A stretch of DNA of 64,000 nucleotides from Octopus vulgaris (taxonomy: Eukaryota): contig OX597829.1 of the NCBI GenBank assembly GCA_951406725.2, positions 30,132,001-30,196,000 of the forward strand. Direction: 5' to 3'. Positions 13,647 through 27,089 of this stretch are shown here, piece after piece. The notes beneath the pieces are model-generated. The model was not told where the DNA came from. It ran no database searches and saw only the letters and a list, made by a program, of their open reading frames with translations. Every line of letters begins with the position of its first letter. Position 1 is the stretch's first letter. The position numbers were made by a program, and so were the translations under genes.

Positions 13647-13866
13647 CCCTTTCGTTACTGTATTTATTTTGAGATGCTCTGTGTTTCTTTCAATTACTTT
13701 AAATATAGCAAAGAATTTAGCAAAATAACTTAGTTATCATTCAGCCAGTGTTGGGAAGATAAATTGCGACTAAGGTTTGGTGGAAGATTTCAAATCAAAA
13801 TTTATGAAAACAAGACCTTTGTACTCAGAGCCAGAGCCAGTTTCAGCCGGGTTGGTAATGAAAGGG
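13647..13866. mobile_element. piggyBac-type MITE
   Basis: TTAA on both sides; TIRs CCCTTTCGTTAC / GTAATGAAAGGG; related fragments at ~62736-63050 and ~63185-63280. Confidence 0.85.
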
Positions 13867-13975
13867 TTAAACGATGAGGTGGGTGAAGATGATGATGGTC
13901 ATATTAAGAATATTTTTACCATAGTTATGCTGTGCCAGAGCTGACATGGAGCTAAACACTTAAAAAAAATATACC

Positions 13976-14290
13976 ACTTTTATATTCTACTTAATGTGTT
14001 TATATTATAGGAGTGCTGTAATACTGTAGTATTCACCCTGAGGAAATCTCTCATATAGGTGTCTGGTGTATAAAAACACTGAGATGTTGGTTGTAGATGA
14101 AAAATGTCAAGCATTGGTGGGCAGAACAGTTATATCATGTGATTTCAGTAGATACCTGTTGCTGATGAAGTGCACTCACCATCTCTGACTTTTTATACAT
14201 TAGACACCTATATAAGAGACTTTCTCAGGGTAAATACTACAATAATATGATGCTTCTATAACATATATATGTTTAGTAGGGTATAAAGTT
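13976..14290. repeat. Imperfect inverted repeat with ~110-bp arms
   Basis: ...gtagtattcaccctgaggaaatctctcatataggtgtctggtgtataaaaa... versus ...tttttatacattagacacctatataagagactttctcagggtaaatactac... Confidence 0.85.
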
Positions 14291-14396
14291 TGCCATTCAG
14301 TAAATAATACTGCCTCCATTGTTAATATTTAATTTTCTTTTAAAAAAGAGGAAATGAAGGAGGAAGAGGAGAAAGGACATGCAAGCAATATATTGG

Positions 14397-14446
<50 letters not shown>

Positions 14447-14749
14447 ATATATATATGTATTATATGTATGTATATATATGATAAAAGGAGACGAATGAGT
14501 TATTTGGTAATTCTATGGTTGCTTCATCAAGAATCTTTATTCTGATGCAAACATGGTACAGCCAGTTACACAATATGCACAACATCTATAAACTATAAGA
14601 TCATGCAGTATGTTATACAATTCTCAACTCATCTGAACTGCTGATTCATCAGCATGTCACTACTTATTTGTATATTTGATGAGCCTGATGAGTTGGGAGT
14701 GACATAATGTATTACACAATCTTATAGATTTTTTGCATACTGCACAGTT

Positions 14750-14794
<45 letters not shown>

Positions 14795-14798
<4 letters not shown>

Positions 14799-15432
14799 GT
14801 CCGATCAATAAGTATCTGGACTGTTGCCATAGTAACAAAGCTAAAGCACACAGAGTGAAGCTGCATGGCACAGATTAATTTTGAACTCATGTCGATAGTG
14901 GTGAATGCTCTGAGAGACCCACAACCAGAACTGAGAAAAACATTGCAACTGTGACAGGAAATTGTTGAATCACCATCAGTTGAGTTATCAGAGGATGTGC
15001 AGGTTAGTTATGGTTCAGTTCAGTCCATTATCACTGAAGATTTGGGTATGAGATGCGTGTCAGCTAAGTTTGTACCATAACTGCTTTCAGCTGACCAAAA
15101 ACACACTCAGGTTTCAGTTGCACAAGATTTCCTTGATTGTGTCAAGAATGATGAAATCTTTTTGAAAACTTTGCATAGGCCTCTGAGCAGGTATTGCCAA
15201 GCTCTCGACAAAATTTAATGCAGATTCTTTGCTCAGCTTTCATGGTCAATGTGATCACATGCCACACGTTCCTTCTAAGCACTGCTGAAAACAGTGGAAG
15301 TGAGCCAGAATGTTAAAACCTAGTGCACATGCACAACAGAATTCAAGGTCAATCTGTGCCAAGCGGCTTTACTTTGTGTGCTTTAGCTTTGTTACTATGG
15401 CAACAGTCTGGATACTTATTGATTAGACCATG
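14795..15432 (+). mobile_element. Internally deleted mariner element with ~85-bp TIRs and TA TSD
   Basis: TIRs tgaggtccgatcaataagtatctggactgttgccatagtaacaaagctaaagcacac...; internal VSYGSVQSIITEDLGMRCVSAKFVP.LL. Confidence 0.9.
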
Positions 15433-16080
15433 TATTGATAGATAGATACACACACACATGCACATGCACACACACACACAGAGTCTATAATAAAAGATGG
15501 ACTGCTCCCTATTGTAACATTTTAAATTTTAGATTTGTTAAATGAAGGTTAACCTGGGGTTAAATACTACCATAACTAGGCTGCTTCCACTACTGCTTCT
15601 GCTGAGCTTACCACTTCTGCTACAGTCACAACAGTCAACAACGTGCAACACTGCTAACCCCCACTAATCATTACCACTACAACCACCACCACCACCACCA
15701 TTAACTCCAGCATCAACTCCATGAATACACCCACCACCAACACCACAAACACCACCACTGACATCACTACAACCGCTATGGCAATCACTGCTAGTACCAT
15801 CACTACAAACACTACCATCACCACTACTATAATCATCACTGCTATCACTGTAAATACAACCACCATTGCTACTACCACTACCACCACCACCACCACTGCC
15901 ACCACCAGCACCACCACCAGCACCACCAGCACCACCAGCACCACCGCTGCCTCCGCCGCCGCCACCGCCACCACCACCATAGTCGCCGCCGCTGCCACCG
16001 CCACTACTACCACCACCACCAACAACAACAACAAAAATATAACTGAATATGAACTGAACTATACAATGTTTGCAACTTAC

Positions 16081-16304
16081 CAGTCCCATGAAATAAATAG
16101 AATTCACAGTAAGGTCCATATCCGTGCTGAGGTCAATATAGTAGCTGTTTCCTGGTGGGAAAACCACATCATCAGTTGGACATGGAACCTTTTCTGAATC
16201 CAAAGAATGATAGTCAGCATCACAATTGTCTGATCTTGATTTTGCAACACACCAATTTGCAGGATCTACCCATTCTCTTCCATAGGTGGCATTGAATTCT
16301 ACCT
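16081..16304 (-). CDS. AMN: Amnionless coding exon 4 (VEFNATYGREWVDPANWC...SLDSEKVPCPTDDVVFPPGNSYYIDL...YFMGL)
   Basis: Acceptor attcag, donor gtaagt, 224 nt, phase 1 to 0; W.DP..W and DSEKVPCPTDDVVFPP match AMN WHDPHLW / DAERVPCRHDDVFFPP. Confidence 0.95.
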
Positions 16305-16518
16305 CTGAATAATAAAGAATAATTACTTTTATGTGGCATCATTCCACAAATCATATCAATGAAGGTAAGAATCTCATAATCTTCAAACAGTAGCAAGGTA
16401 TAGTCCTCCAAGAAATACCAGATAAATTGCTGATACCTGGGTATGTTCCAACCAACAATTCTTAATATGTGTTTTGAAATGTAACTTGGTAGACTTATAT
16501 GTAACTTGCTAGACTATA

Positions 16519-16926
16519 GGCATATGAGTGGCTATGTGTTAAGTAGCTTGCTTACCAACCACATGGTTCTGGGTTCAGTCCCACTGCGTGGCACCTTGGG
16601 CAAGTGTCTTCTACTATAGTCTTGGGCCAACCAAAGCCTTGTGAGTGGATTTGGGAGACGGAAACTGAAAGAAGCCCGTCGTATATATATATGCATGTGT
16701 GTGTATATGTTTGTGTGTCTGTGTTTGTCCCCCCCAACATTGCTTGACAACTGATGCTGGTGTGTTTACGCCCCCGTAACTTAGCAGTTTGGCAAAAGAG
16801 ACTGATAGAATAAGTACTAGGCTTACAAAGAATAAGTCCTGGGGTCGATTTACTTGACTGAAGGCGGTGCTCCAGCATGGCCACAGTCAAATGACTGAAA
16901 CAAGTAAAAGAATAAAAGAATAAAAG
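16519..16926 (+). mobile_element. tRNA-head SINE family A with internal microsatellite (representative copy)
   Basis: Box A/B-like TGGCTNTGTGG / GGTTCAGTCC, tail (TAAAAGAG)n; other copies ~6390-6545(-), 9022-9450(-), 17052-17470(-), 19412-19860(+), 25303-25715(-), 42210-42625(-), 49325-49745(-), 55150-55535(-), 63820-63980(+). Confidence 0.9.
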
Positions 16927-17659
16927 ACTTCACCAGGTGATGCTGTTTAGTCAGACATGAGCTCGGCTGACACTGGAAAAAAGCTTATCTCAACTTATGT
17001 TTATATTTGACTACAGGTATGCATGCACACATACACACTTATGTATCTTTTTCTTTTATCTTTTACTTGTTTTAGTTATTAGACTGCAGCCATGCTGGGG
17101 CACTACCTTGAAGTGTTTAGTCAAACAAATCAACCCCATTACTTATTTTGTTGTAAAACGTCTGGTGCTTATTCTAAGTGCTAAGTTATGGAAATGTAGA
17201 CAAATCAAAACCAGTTGTCAAGTGGTGGTGGGGGATAAAGACACATGCACGTAGATACATAGATACATTCACACACACATAAACACACACACACACATAC
17301 ACAATCACACACATTATCAGCTTCTTTCAGTTTCCATCTACCAAATCCACTCACAAAGCTTTGGTTGGTTTGGAGCTATAATAGAAGATATTTTCCTGAA
17401 ATGTTACATGGTGGGACTGAATCCAGAACCATGTGGTTGGGAAGCAAATTTCTCACCACACAGCCACAACAGCATTTACTGTCCTTCTTCTGTGATGGCA
17501 TAGGTTGGACAATTTGACAAGTTCTGATGAACCAGTGAATACCAAAGAATACCAAAGCAGTCATTGAAGCTTGAATGTTTGCTTTGGCATTCTTTGGATG
17601 GCTGGATGCATTTCTTAATGCAAAATATTTTCCTAATTTCAAAATGCCTCTCTTAACAT

Positions 17660-17954
17660 CAAGATGTCCTTCTTAAAACCAATATGACCTTCCTAAAACT
17701 AAGATGACCTTCCTAAAGCCAAGATGACCTACTTAAAGCCAAGATGACCTTCTTAAAGCTAAGATGACCTTCTTAAAGCCAAGATCATCTTCCTAAAGCC
17801 AAGATGGCCTTCCTAAAGCCAAGATGGCCTTCCTAAAGCCAAAATGACCTTCTTAAAGCCAAGATGACCTTCTTAAAGCCAAGATGACCTGCTTAAAGCC
17901 AAGATGACTTTCTTAAAGCCAAGATGATCTTCCTAAAGCCAAGACGGCCTTCCT
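17660..17954. repeat. 20-bp minisatellite (aagatgaccttcYtaaagcc) x~14
   Basis: Three units per 60-nt line. Confidence 0.95.
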
Positions 17955-20234
17955 TGTATGTGCACAACTGTGTAGGTACAGTATGGCTGAAAGGTTGAGA
18001 AGTTTCCTTTGCTATCATGAGGTCACAATTTCAATTCTGTTGCATGGCATCTTGGGTAAGTTTCCTTTTCTCTCTCTATAATTAAGTAATAATGTTTGTT
18101 TTTCTCTTTTAAATGATAAAGTGAAAATATCTTAAACAAATGTCAGGCTAGGTCTTGTTTTAGAGGTAAGCCAAAACAAGTCTATACCTGTTCCACTGAT
18201 GCACCTTAACACACCCTAATCATCTTTTTCCATAACTGTTTTCCCTGTTGGCATTGATTAAACAGATGGTCACTGTTCAGATTTGGGCAAGACTTCCTTT
18301 TGTGCTCCCCCCACACCCCCTTTTTTAATTTAATTTCTTTTTTCTACACGAACCCCTGTTTTCGGCTACAGAGAAGAAGAATCTGCAAAAGAATTGGCAA
18401 AAATTGGCATTTTCAAATTACCTCTCCCCACTCCCTAAATTCTTCATTTTAAACTTTTTTCAGAAGTTTTTTTTTTTCAAATATGTGGAAAAATATGGAG
18501 ATTATGATTCTGAAAACAATTTCCAAGAGTTTTAGGGTTTTAGGGTTAAGATTAGGGTAAGGGTTTGGATTTTAGGTTAAAATGAAAGGTGAAGAAATTG
18601 GGGGAGAGATAAGGGGGTGAGGGTCAGAAATTTTAAAATTCTGATTTTTGGCAATTTTCCAGAATCTCCATATCTGAAAATGTAGGTTTTTTGAAAAAAA
18701 AAAAAAAAAAAAGTAAACAATAATTTGTGAGAAAATGGTGGTAGTGGGGGGACAGGAGGAAGTCTTTCCCAGATTTGATTCTTATTTAAAGTTATTATCA
18801 TCCAAGATAGGTTGGAGACCATAATTTGCTTATATGTTCTATTTTTAGCATGGATTATATTTCTGAGTGCTTTTCCTACTACCAACCGCTTTACAGATTG
18901 TATAAAGAGCATTTTATCATGGTACCAACACTAGAGAAGTTCGTTGTTCCTTGTATGACTAAACACTCCTCTTGATCATATGTTGTCTCTGCCTATTCCC
19001 AAACCCCTTTACAGAGTGTAGTTGGTGCATTTTATCATGGCACCAGAGAATTTGAATTGATTCCTGCAAAAACTAATGACTGCTCATATAGTTTCCATAT
19101 TTTCAAGATGGTAGATAATGATTTCAAATTTTGTCACAAGGTTAATAATTTTGATTACATCGACTCCAATACTTAACTGGTACTTATTTTATCGATCTCA
19201 AAAGGATGAAAGGCAAAGTTGACCATGACAGAATTTGAACTCAGAACGTAAAGACAGATGAAATACTTATAAGCATTTTGCCTGGTGTGCTAACAATTCC
19301 ACCAGCTTGCCATCTTTCAAGATGGTAGATATTAACAATGAAAATGCAAGTATATATATAATAGCTGAATAAGCATAAACTACTTACTGAATACTATTGA
19401 ATACTATTTATAGGCATAGGAGTGGCTGTGTGGTAAGTGGCTTGCTTACCAACCGCATGGTTCTGGGTTCAGTCTGGGTGTGGCACCTTGGGCAAGTGTC
19501 TTCTACTATAGCCTCGGGTCGACCAAAGCCTTGTGAATTTGGTAGACGGAAACTGAAAGAAACCCATTGTATATATATGTGTGTGTGCATGTGTGTGTGT
19601 GTGTGTGTGCGTGCATGTGTGTGTGCGCGTGTGTGTGCATGCATGTGTGTGTGCGTGTGTGTGTTTGTCCCCCCAACATCGCTTGACAACCAATGCTGGT
19701 GTGTTTACGTCCATGTAACTTAGCAGTTTGGTAAAAGAGACCGATAGAATAAGTACTAGGCTAACAAAGAATAAGTCCTGGGGTTGATTTGTTTGACTAA
19801 AGGCGGTGCTCCAGCATGGCCTGCAGTCAAATGACTGAAACAAGTAAAAGAATAAGAGAATGAAAAAAATGTTCATTTCACATTTCCCCATACATTTAGT
19901 GTAGTCTTTAATGATTTACAGGGATTTTTTAATTTAAAATTTTTCAACATGGTTAAATTTTACTCTCTTTTGTTTTTTGCTTTTCCCCACATTCTAGGTC
20001 GCATTAAAAAAGGGGATATTCATCTGCTGTGATTGGGTTCACAAACTGACTTCCTGATCTCTCAGAATCTTCTCATGCCATGTACATCAACTTTTTCATC
20101 TAGTTCCTGGATTTTGTCTCCACTAAAATTTTTAGAGCTTTTTCTGTTCTCTGGCTTTGAAATGCTGATATTTAATCACACCTGAAGTTTACATGAAAGG
20201 AAGGCTAGGAGTTCCCAACTTCTCACTTCCCACC

Positions 20235-20266
<32 letters not shown>

Positions 20267-20395
20267 CAACAGCAGCAGCAGCAACAGTGGCAGTGGCAGT
20301 GGCATGACAGGAGTGGCAGAGGATAAATTATCATCAACCTTCACACTCAACATAAACATGGCACAACACACACACACACACACACACACATGCAG

Positions 20396-20483
<88 letters not shown>

Positions 20484-22496
20484 AAACACACACACACACA
20501 AACACACACACACATATACATATACACATACATATACACACAGAGAAAAGACAAAAAATGCTTGAAGTTACATACACCACCTTCAAACACAGATAAGAAA
20601 ATAAAACCCGACCCACAAACATAATTAGAGCAGTCACAAGCAATACCACATTTATTTACACAAAGAACCAACAACAATGGGACATGATCAGTACATTAGA
20701 TCTCTGAATCAGCGGGGTTGTTGGAGTGTAGACAAAATGCATTGCATTATTTGTTTAGGATTTCAAATTCTGCAGAGGTTGATTTTGCCTTTCATTCTTT
20801 CAGGGTCAATAAAATAAGTACCAGTTGAACATTGGGGGTTGATGTAATCAACTTACCCACTACCCCGAAATTGCTGGCCTTGTGCCAAAATTTGAAATTA
20901 TTATTTGTTCAGGCTCTCCGCATTCTGTGTTCAAATCCCAATGAAGCCAATGTTACTCTATACCCCAGAGTAGAGCATTAGAGGAATTGTTAGGGATGTT
21001 GTGTAAAATACTTTGTGGTAGTTATTGAGACCATTTGTGTTCTGAGTTCTTGGATGATATACTTAATCTATCTCCTGGTGTAGCACCACCACCTGGTGGA
21101 GGCACATGGCCTAGAGGTTAAAGCAGCAAACTCGCAGTTGAGGGATTGCAGGTTTGAATCTCAGACCGGGCGATGTGTGTGTTTATGAGCGAAACACCTA
21201 AACTCCATGCAGCTCTGGCAGAAGGTAATGACGAACTTCTGCTGACTCTTTCGCTAAAACTTTCTCTCACTCTTTCCTCCTGCATCTTGCAGTTCACTTG
21301 CGACGGACCGGCATCATGTCCAGGTGGGCAACCTATACGCCAAGGAAACCGGGAAACTGGCCCTTATGAGCCAGGCATGGCTCAAGAAGGAACCACCACC
21401 TGGTCCTTGAAAGCCCTTAGCAGAGTCCATTATGTTGTAGACATTTGAGCCAGGTTTCTCATTTGAGGATTACTATCTCCCGACTTAGAGGTTCTGTAAA
21501 GATATAGGCTCTTAGATGTTGTCCTTCGACTCTCTGAGGGACAACATCAATACATCATCACATCAATATCCTCAATGTGCTGGAATGTATATAACTAGAG
21601 CTAAATGTAGAGGAACAGCATAAATGCCATGTTGTGATAATGTCTACTTTGCCATTTCTATTATTGCCATGGTTCAGTCTCAGAATTAACCTGTTTTTGT
21701 ACAACCTGCTAAATTAGTGGAGCAAAAAAGAATGAGAATCCACAGCACAAGAAGTCTTCAAACAGAAAGCAACTCACCCAGATACTGTGCTATCCTCAAA
21801 ATGACCATTTCATCTGAAAACTTACAAGAGAATGGGCTCTGCTAAAGCCACCCAAGGATCAGATGTGGGTATTAAACTGGCTGATAGATTAAGTCTACCA
21901 CCCTGAAAAATGTATGTTTCATTCTGTTAGGCTTCTAAGTAGTTTCAGTTTTCACCTGACATTCACAAAACTTTGGATGACTTAAGGATTTGCTAATAGA
22001 TATTTGCTTAGGTGAAGGTGCATGGCTTAATGGTTAGGGTATTTGGTTCATGGCTGTAAGGTCTTGGGTTCAATTCCTGGCTGTGTATTGTGCCCGTAAG
22101 CAAGACACTTTATTTCATGTTACTCCAGTCCACTCAGCTTGTAAAAGTGAGTAGCACCTGTATTTGAAAGGGCTAGCCTTGATGCATTCCATGTCATGTT
22201 GAATCTTCTCATGAACTACATTAAAGGTACACACATCTATGGAGTGCTCAGCCACATGCGCATTAATTTCATGAGCAAGCTGTTTCATTGATTAAATCAA
22301 CTGGAACCCTTATTGATGTAACCAACTAGTGTCAGTAGTATTTGCTTATGTTTCTGTGCAGTGGAGTTAAAACAATGTGAAGCTATGAGGTCTGATGGTT
22401 AAGATATTGTGTTCATTGTCATAAGGCTGTCAGTTTAATACCTGCATTGTGTATTATGTCCTTGAGCAAAGATGTTTATTTCATGTTGCTCTAGGC

Positions 22497-22830
22497 CAAG
22501 GCTGGCCAACCTGAGGCCCGCTGGCTGCATGCGGCCCATAGACTTTTATCTTATGGCCTGCTTGATACTGTCTTGAAATGGGCTTATTTAAACAAACATT
22601 TTAAAAATTTTATCAAAATTTAAATATTGTAATGAAAAGTGGCAATAATATAAGTGGCAATAAAGTAATAGCCTACAATTTTATAATTTTAAAAGAATGA
22701 AAAGTATGAAAAATTCTTGATTCTGTAATTTGATTATTTGACTATTTGTGCATAAAGTATACAAGTGGCCCTCAAAAAAACTTTCTGTGATTAAAGTGGC
22801 CTGCAATGCAATTTAAGTTGGCAAGGCTTG
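22497..22830. mobile_element. hAT-Charlie-type MITE inserted in a SINE
   Basis: TIRs CAAGGCTGGCCAAC / GTTGGCAAGGCTTG; 8-bp TSD ctctaggc/ctctagac; GGCCC sub-terminal motifs. Confidence 0.85.
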
Positions 22831-23189
22831 CTCTAGACAATTTAGCTAAAAATAAGAACAAGCCACATTCCAGTGCAGTCCTTTCTCCTTCTAGCTGTCA
22901 CATTCTGTGTTCTATTGAGTGGAAGAGTAGGAGGACTGACAGGAAGTTGATTTCTGCTTGTGAACAAAAAGCAAAAGTAGACGACATGCAACTAGTGAGT
23001 GATACCTATGGATGGGAGGTATTTAAACCAGAATAAAAGAGATTCTAAAACAAACTCTTAGTTGCATAATCAAGCATGTACTTAATTGATAACAAAGGCA
23101 GGTAAGTAAAGAGATGGACATTAATAAAAAGGCATTAAATTCAAAGGGTAGCCTTTCTTTTCACAATTCAGAAAATGCAAAATTCTTAC

Positions 23190-23283
23190 CTTGACCAGAA
23201 TTAGCACAGCTTGTACTAGGGTTAGAAGTGAATCCTAGTTCCATGAATGAATTCAGAATTAGCATTCCATTCTTGGGGAATAC
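23190..23283 (-). CDS. AMN: Amnionless coding exon 3 (VFPKNGMLILNSFMELGFTSNPSTSCANSGQ)
   Basis: Acceptor ttccttctcaag, donor gtaaga, 94 nt, phase 0 to 1; resembles AMN LLPLDGELVL...C. Confidence 0.9.
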
Positions 23284-23337
23284 CTTGAGAAGGAAGAAAT
23301 CAAAGTATAATAATTATTTAGATTATGAATGTATGTA

Positions 23338-23427
<90 letters not shown>

Positions 23428-24441
23428 CGTGCGTGTGTATGTATGTATGTATGTATGTATGTATGTATGTATCTTCATAGAGGCACAATGTCTGAAAAAA
23501 ATTTTCTTAAATTAAAACTATTAATTATATAAAAAATTAAAAAGCTTTTAAAAGAGCAGCTTGACACAGACCCACTGACCTTAAGGAAGGAAGCTTTTGT
23601 ACTGTAGACAATCTTTACTGTTTACAGCTTTTTAAACACAAGTGGTTTTTTTTAAAGATATGGAAGCAAGGTCTTAATTTCAAGTATAGAAGCAAGGTCT
23701 AGAATCGAAGGTCCTTAGAGTTAACCTAGCAAAAACCAGTAGGAAAGCAGACACATCACAAATCCCTTCAAGTAGATGGCCCTGCTCAATCTGTAGAAAA
23801 GGTGTAAGTAGATGTACCCATTGTAAACTATGGACACATAAGATGTACCTGATGTAAGATTTGCCCAATGTAAGATGTACCTGATGTAAGATGTACCTGA
23901 TGTAAGCTATGGACACATAAGAGGTGCAGCAATATAAAAGGAAGGTTTACAGGGAAAATAGCTTTTGTGTGTTGATGATACACAGGTACAATAAACACCG
24001 AAAATATACAGAAAACAGACTCCATCAATTGCCATTGAGGTAAGCCAGAGGAAGTAAATAGCTTCCATTATCTAAATGACCAAGTTAGTAGCAGATGTGG
24101 AATCAACATAAGCTTAAATAATAAACTGTAATAGGTGAACTTTGATATGGTGAGGGATTACTGTACTGGGGTTGATTCATTTGACTAAGGTTCTTCAACT
24201 CTTACCCTAACCACTAAGCCACATGTCTTCAACTCATTGGAGACTGTCAAACCATCCAAACCATGCCAGAATGGAAAATAGACATTAATCCTTTAGCATT
24301 CAGATTATTCTTTCAAATGTAATGTTTATTTATTCAAACTGTTTGGAATTAAACATGCATTATCTTGTAGCTTTTGAAATTTCAATCATGTGATTAAACA
24401 TTTTTAGAATGACATTGTAGGGTAGGGTTGAGAGGCCAGAA

Positions 24442-25280
24442 ATGATGATGATGATGACGATGATGATGACAGTGATGATGACAGTGATGATGACGATGAT
24501 GATGATAATGATGATGATGATGAGGACGATGATGACGGTGATGATGATGGTGATGAGGATGATGATGACGATGATGACATGACAATGATGATGATGATGA
24601 CGATGATGATGACGATGATGATGACGATGATGATGATGGTGATGATGACGGTGATGATGACGGCGATGATGATGATGATGGCGATGATGATGACGATGAT
24701 GATGACGACGATGATGATGATGATGATGACGATGATGATGATGACGATGATGACGTTGATGATGACAGTAATGATGGTGACAATGATGGTGATGATGACG
24801 GTGATGATGACGGCGATGATGATGATGATGGCAATGATGATGACGATGATGATGACGACGACGATGATGATGATGATGACGACGATGATGATGACGATGA
24901 TGATGACGTTGATGATGACAGTAATGATGGTGACAATGATGGTGATGATGATGATGACGATGATGATAACAATGACAATGACAATGATGATGACGATGAC
25001 GACAATGATGATGATGACGATGATGATGATGGTGATGATGACGGTGATGATGACAGTGATGATGACAGTGACGATGATGATAACGACGATGATGATGATG
25101 ACAATGATGACAATGATGATGACGGTGATGATGACGGTGATGATGACAGTGATGATGATGGTGACGATGATGGTGATGATGCTGATGATGACGATGATGA
25201 TTATGATGATGATGATGATGATGACGATGACGGTGATGATGACGATGATGATGACGGTGGTGATGAAATAATGATGATGA
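24442..25280. repeat. (GAT/GAC)n microsatellite with ~150-bp higher-order duplication
   Basis: Variant blocks recur at +150/+153 nt (24661 vs 24811; 24753 vs 24906). Confidence 0.9.
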
Positions 25281-25820
25281 TATTTATATACCAGCTGCTA
25301 TACTCTTTACTCTCTTTTACTTGTTTCAGTCATTTGACTGCGGCCATGCTGGAGCACCGCTTTTAATCGAGCAAATCGACCCCGGGACTTATTCTTTGTA
25401 AGCCCAGTACTTATTCTATCGGTCTCTTTTGCTGAACCGCTAAGTGACGGGGATGTAAACACACCAGCATCGGTTATCAAACAATGCTAGGGGGACAAAC
25501 ACAGACACACAAACATATACACACACACTTATATATATATACATATATATGACAGGCTTCTTTCAGTTTCCGTCTACCAAATCCACTCACAAGGCATTGG
25601 TCGGCCCGGGGCTATAGCAGAAGACACTTGCCCAAGATGCCACGCAGTGGGACTGAATGTGGTTGGTTAGCAAGCTACTTACCACACAGCCACTCCTACT
25701 TACCACACAGCCATACCAGCTGCTATATGGATTTGTGTTATCAATATTGCATGTAACAGTTTCTTCAAAAAATTTATGAATATTCAAAACACTCATATTA
25801 TAAATTCAACAGATACATAC

Positions 25821-25981
25821 AATTTCTTTCATAGTTGTATTGATATTGATGAAAACTGGTGGAGATTCAGTTGGGATCACTACACTATCATCCCCACATG
25901 GGGATCTTCCAGTATTCCAATTTAAGTTGTTGCCAAAGTTTGTATTCCGAATCCATCTCTTATAGTGACCATCAACAAATT
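25821..25981 (-). CDS. AMN: Amnionless coding exon 2 (FVDGHYKRWIRNTNFGNNLNWNTGRSPCGDDSVVIPTESPPVFININTTMKEI)
   Basis: Acceptor tttcag, donor gtatgt, 161 nt, phase 1 to 0; resembles human AMN [23 protein letters not shown].FP (recalled sequence). Confidence 0.93.
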
Positions 25982-26106
25982 CTGAAACACAAAAACATTG
26001 TAATCATATCATCATCATCATCATTGTTTAGCATCTGCTTTCCATGCTGGCATGGGTTGGACGGTTCAACTGGGGTCTGGGAAGCCAGAAGGCTGCACCA
26101 GGCCCA

Positions 26107-27072
26107 GTCTGATCTGGCAATGTTTCTACAGCTGGATGCCCTTCATAGTCCAATATTTAATTACCAAATTATTTAACAAAATAATCACTATTCATATTTT
26201 TAGATTTAAGTTCACATCTAATAATTATAGAATATTTAAAAATAAGTATCTAAATTATAATCAACAAATATAGTAATTAAAATCTAAAATTTACTCTATC
26301 AATAAATGTATAGACATATAATGAAAAATAAATAAATTAATTAGTCCATTATTACTTACATAAATATAATAAATATCAATATAATATATTTAAGAAATAC
26401 ATTTAAAAATTAAAGATTAAAAATCAAATTAAAAACGTATAACCTATCTTAAAAGAATTGTATAACTATTTACAATCTATATACCTTAGTGATTAAGTAA
26501 TGACACGGTTTTTGAAAGCTAAGTAAACCTTTTCTATTTAAGATATTTTAAGAAGTTTAATTGTAGTGTATTGTATACTATATAACTACTGATTGTTAAT
26601 TTGATTCTATAATTATTTAGTTGTTGATGATATGTATTTAATTATTAGATTATAACTGTATGTAATTTGTAAAATATTACTTAGTCACTGAAGTATATAG
26701 ATCGTAAATAGTTATACGGTTCTCTTTAAGATAGGTTATACGCTTTTAATTTGATTTTTAATCTTTAATTTTTAAATGTACTTCATAAATATATTATATT
26801 GATATTTATTATATTTATGTAAGTAATAATGGACTAATTAATTAATTTATTTTTCATTATATGTCTATATATTTATTGATTGAGTAAATTTTAGATTTTA
26901 ATTACTATATTTGTTGATTATAATTTAGATACTTATTTTAAAATATTTTATAATTATTAGATGTGAACTTAAATCTAAAAATATGAATAGTGATTATTTT
27001 GTTAAATAATTTGGTAATTAAATATTGGACTATGAAGGGCATCCAGTCGTAGAAACATTGCCAGATCAGACT
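26107..27072. repeat. ~970-bp fold-back palindrome (arms ~26107-26501 and ~26676-27072)
   Basis: Arms align as reverse complements at roughly 95% by eye, with a ~175-bp spacer; both arms include ~35 bp of the adjacent interspersed repeat. Confidence 0.95.
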
Positions 27073-27089
27073 ATTGCCAGATTAGACTA

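Noticed and set aside
14560-14745. CTGATGA on both strands within a loose hairpin
   Set aside because: The GAAA half is missing or mutated (TGTAAC..GTA), so it is not counted as a hammerhead.
15654-16080. Gly-rich, Thr-rich and Val-rich ORFs overlapping AMN exon 4
   Set aside because: Only 16081-16304 is coding; the rest is read-through past the gtaagt donor into (CCA)n repeats.
16519-16600. tRNA-like box A/B sequences
   Set aside because: These are SINE heads; no complete cloverleaf, so no tRNA gene is called.
18528-18580. TTAGGG-like repeats
   Set aside because: Only a few degenerate units inside an interspersed repeat; not a telomeric array.
24394-25271. 230-239-aa poly-Ser / Met-Thr ORFs
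   Set aside because: Translations of an intronic (GAT)n microsatellite; no splice or domain support.
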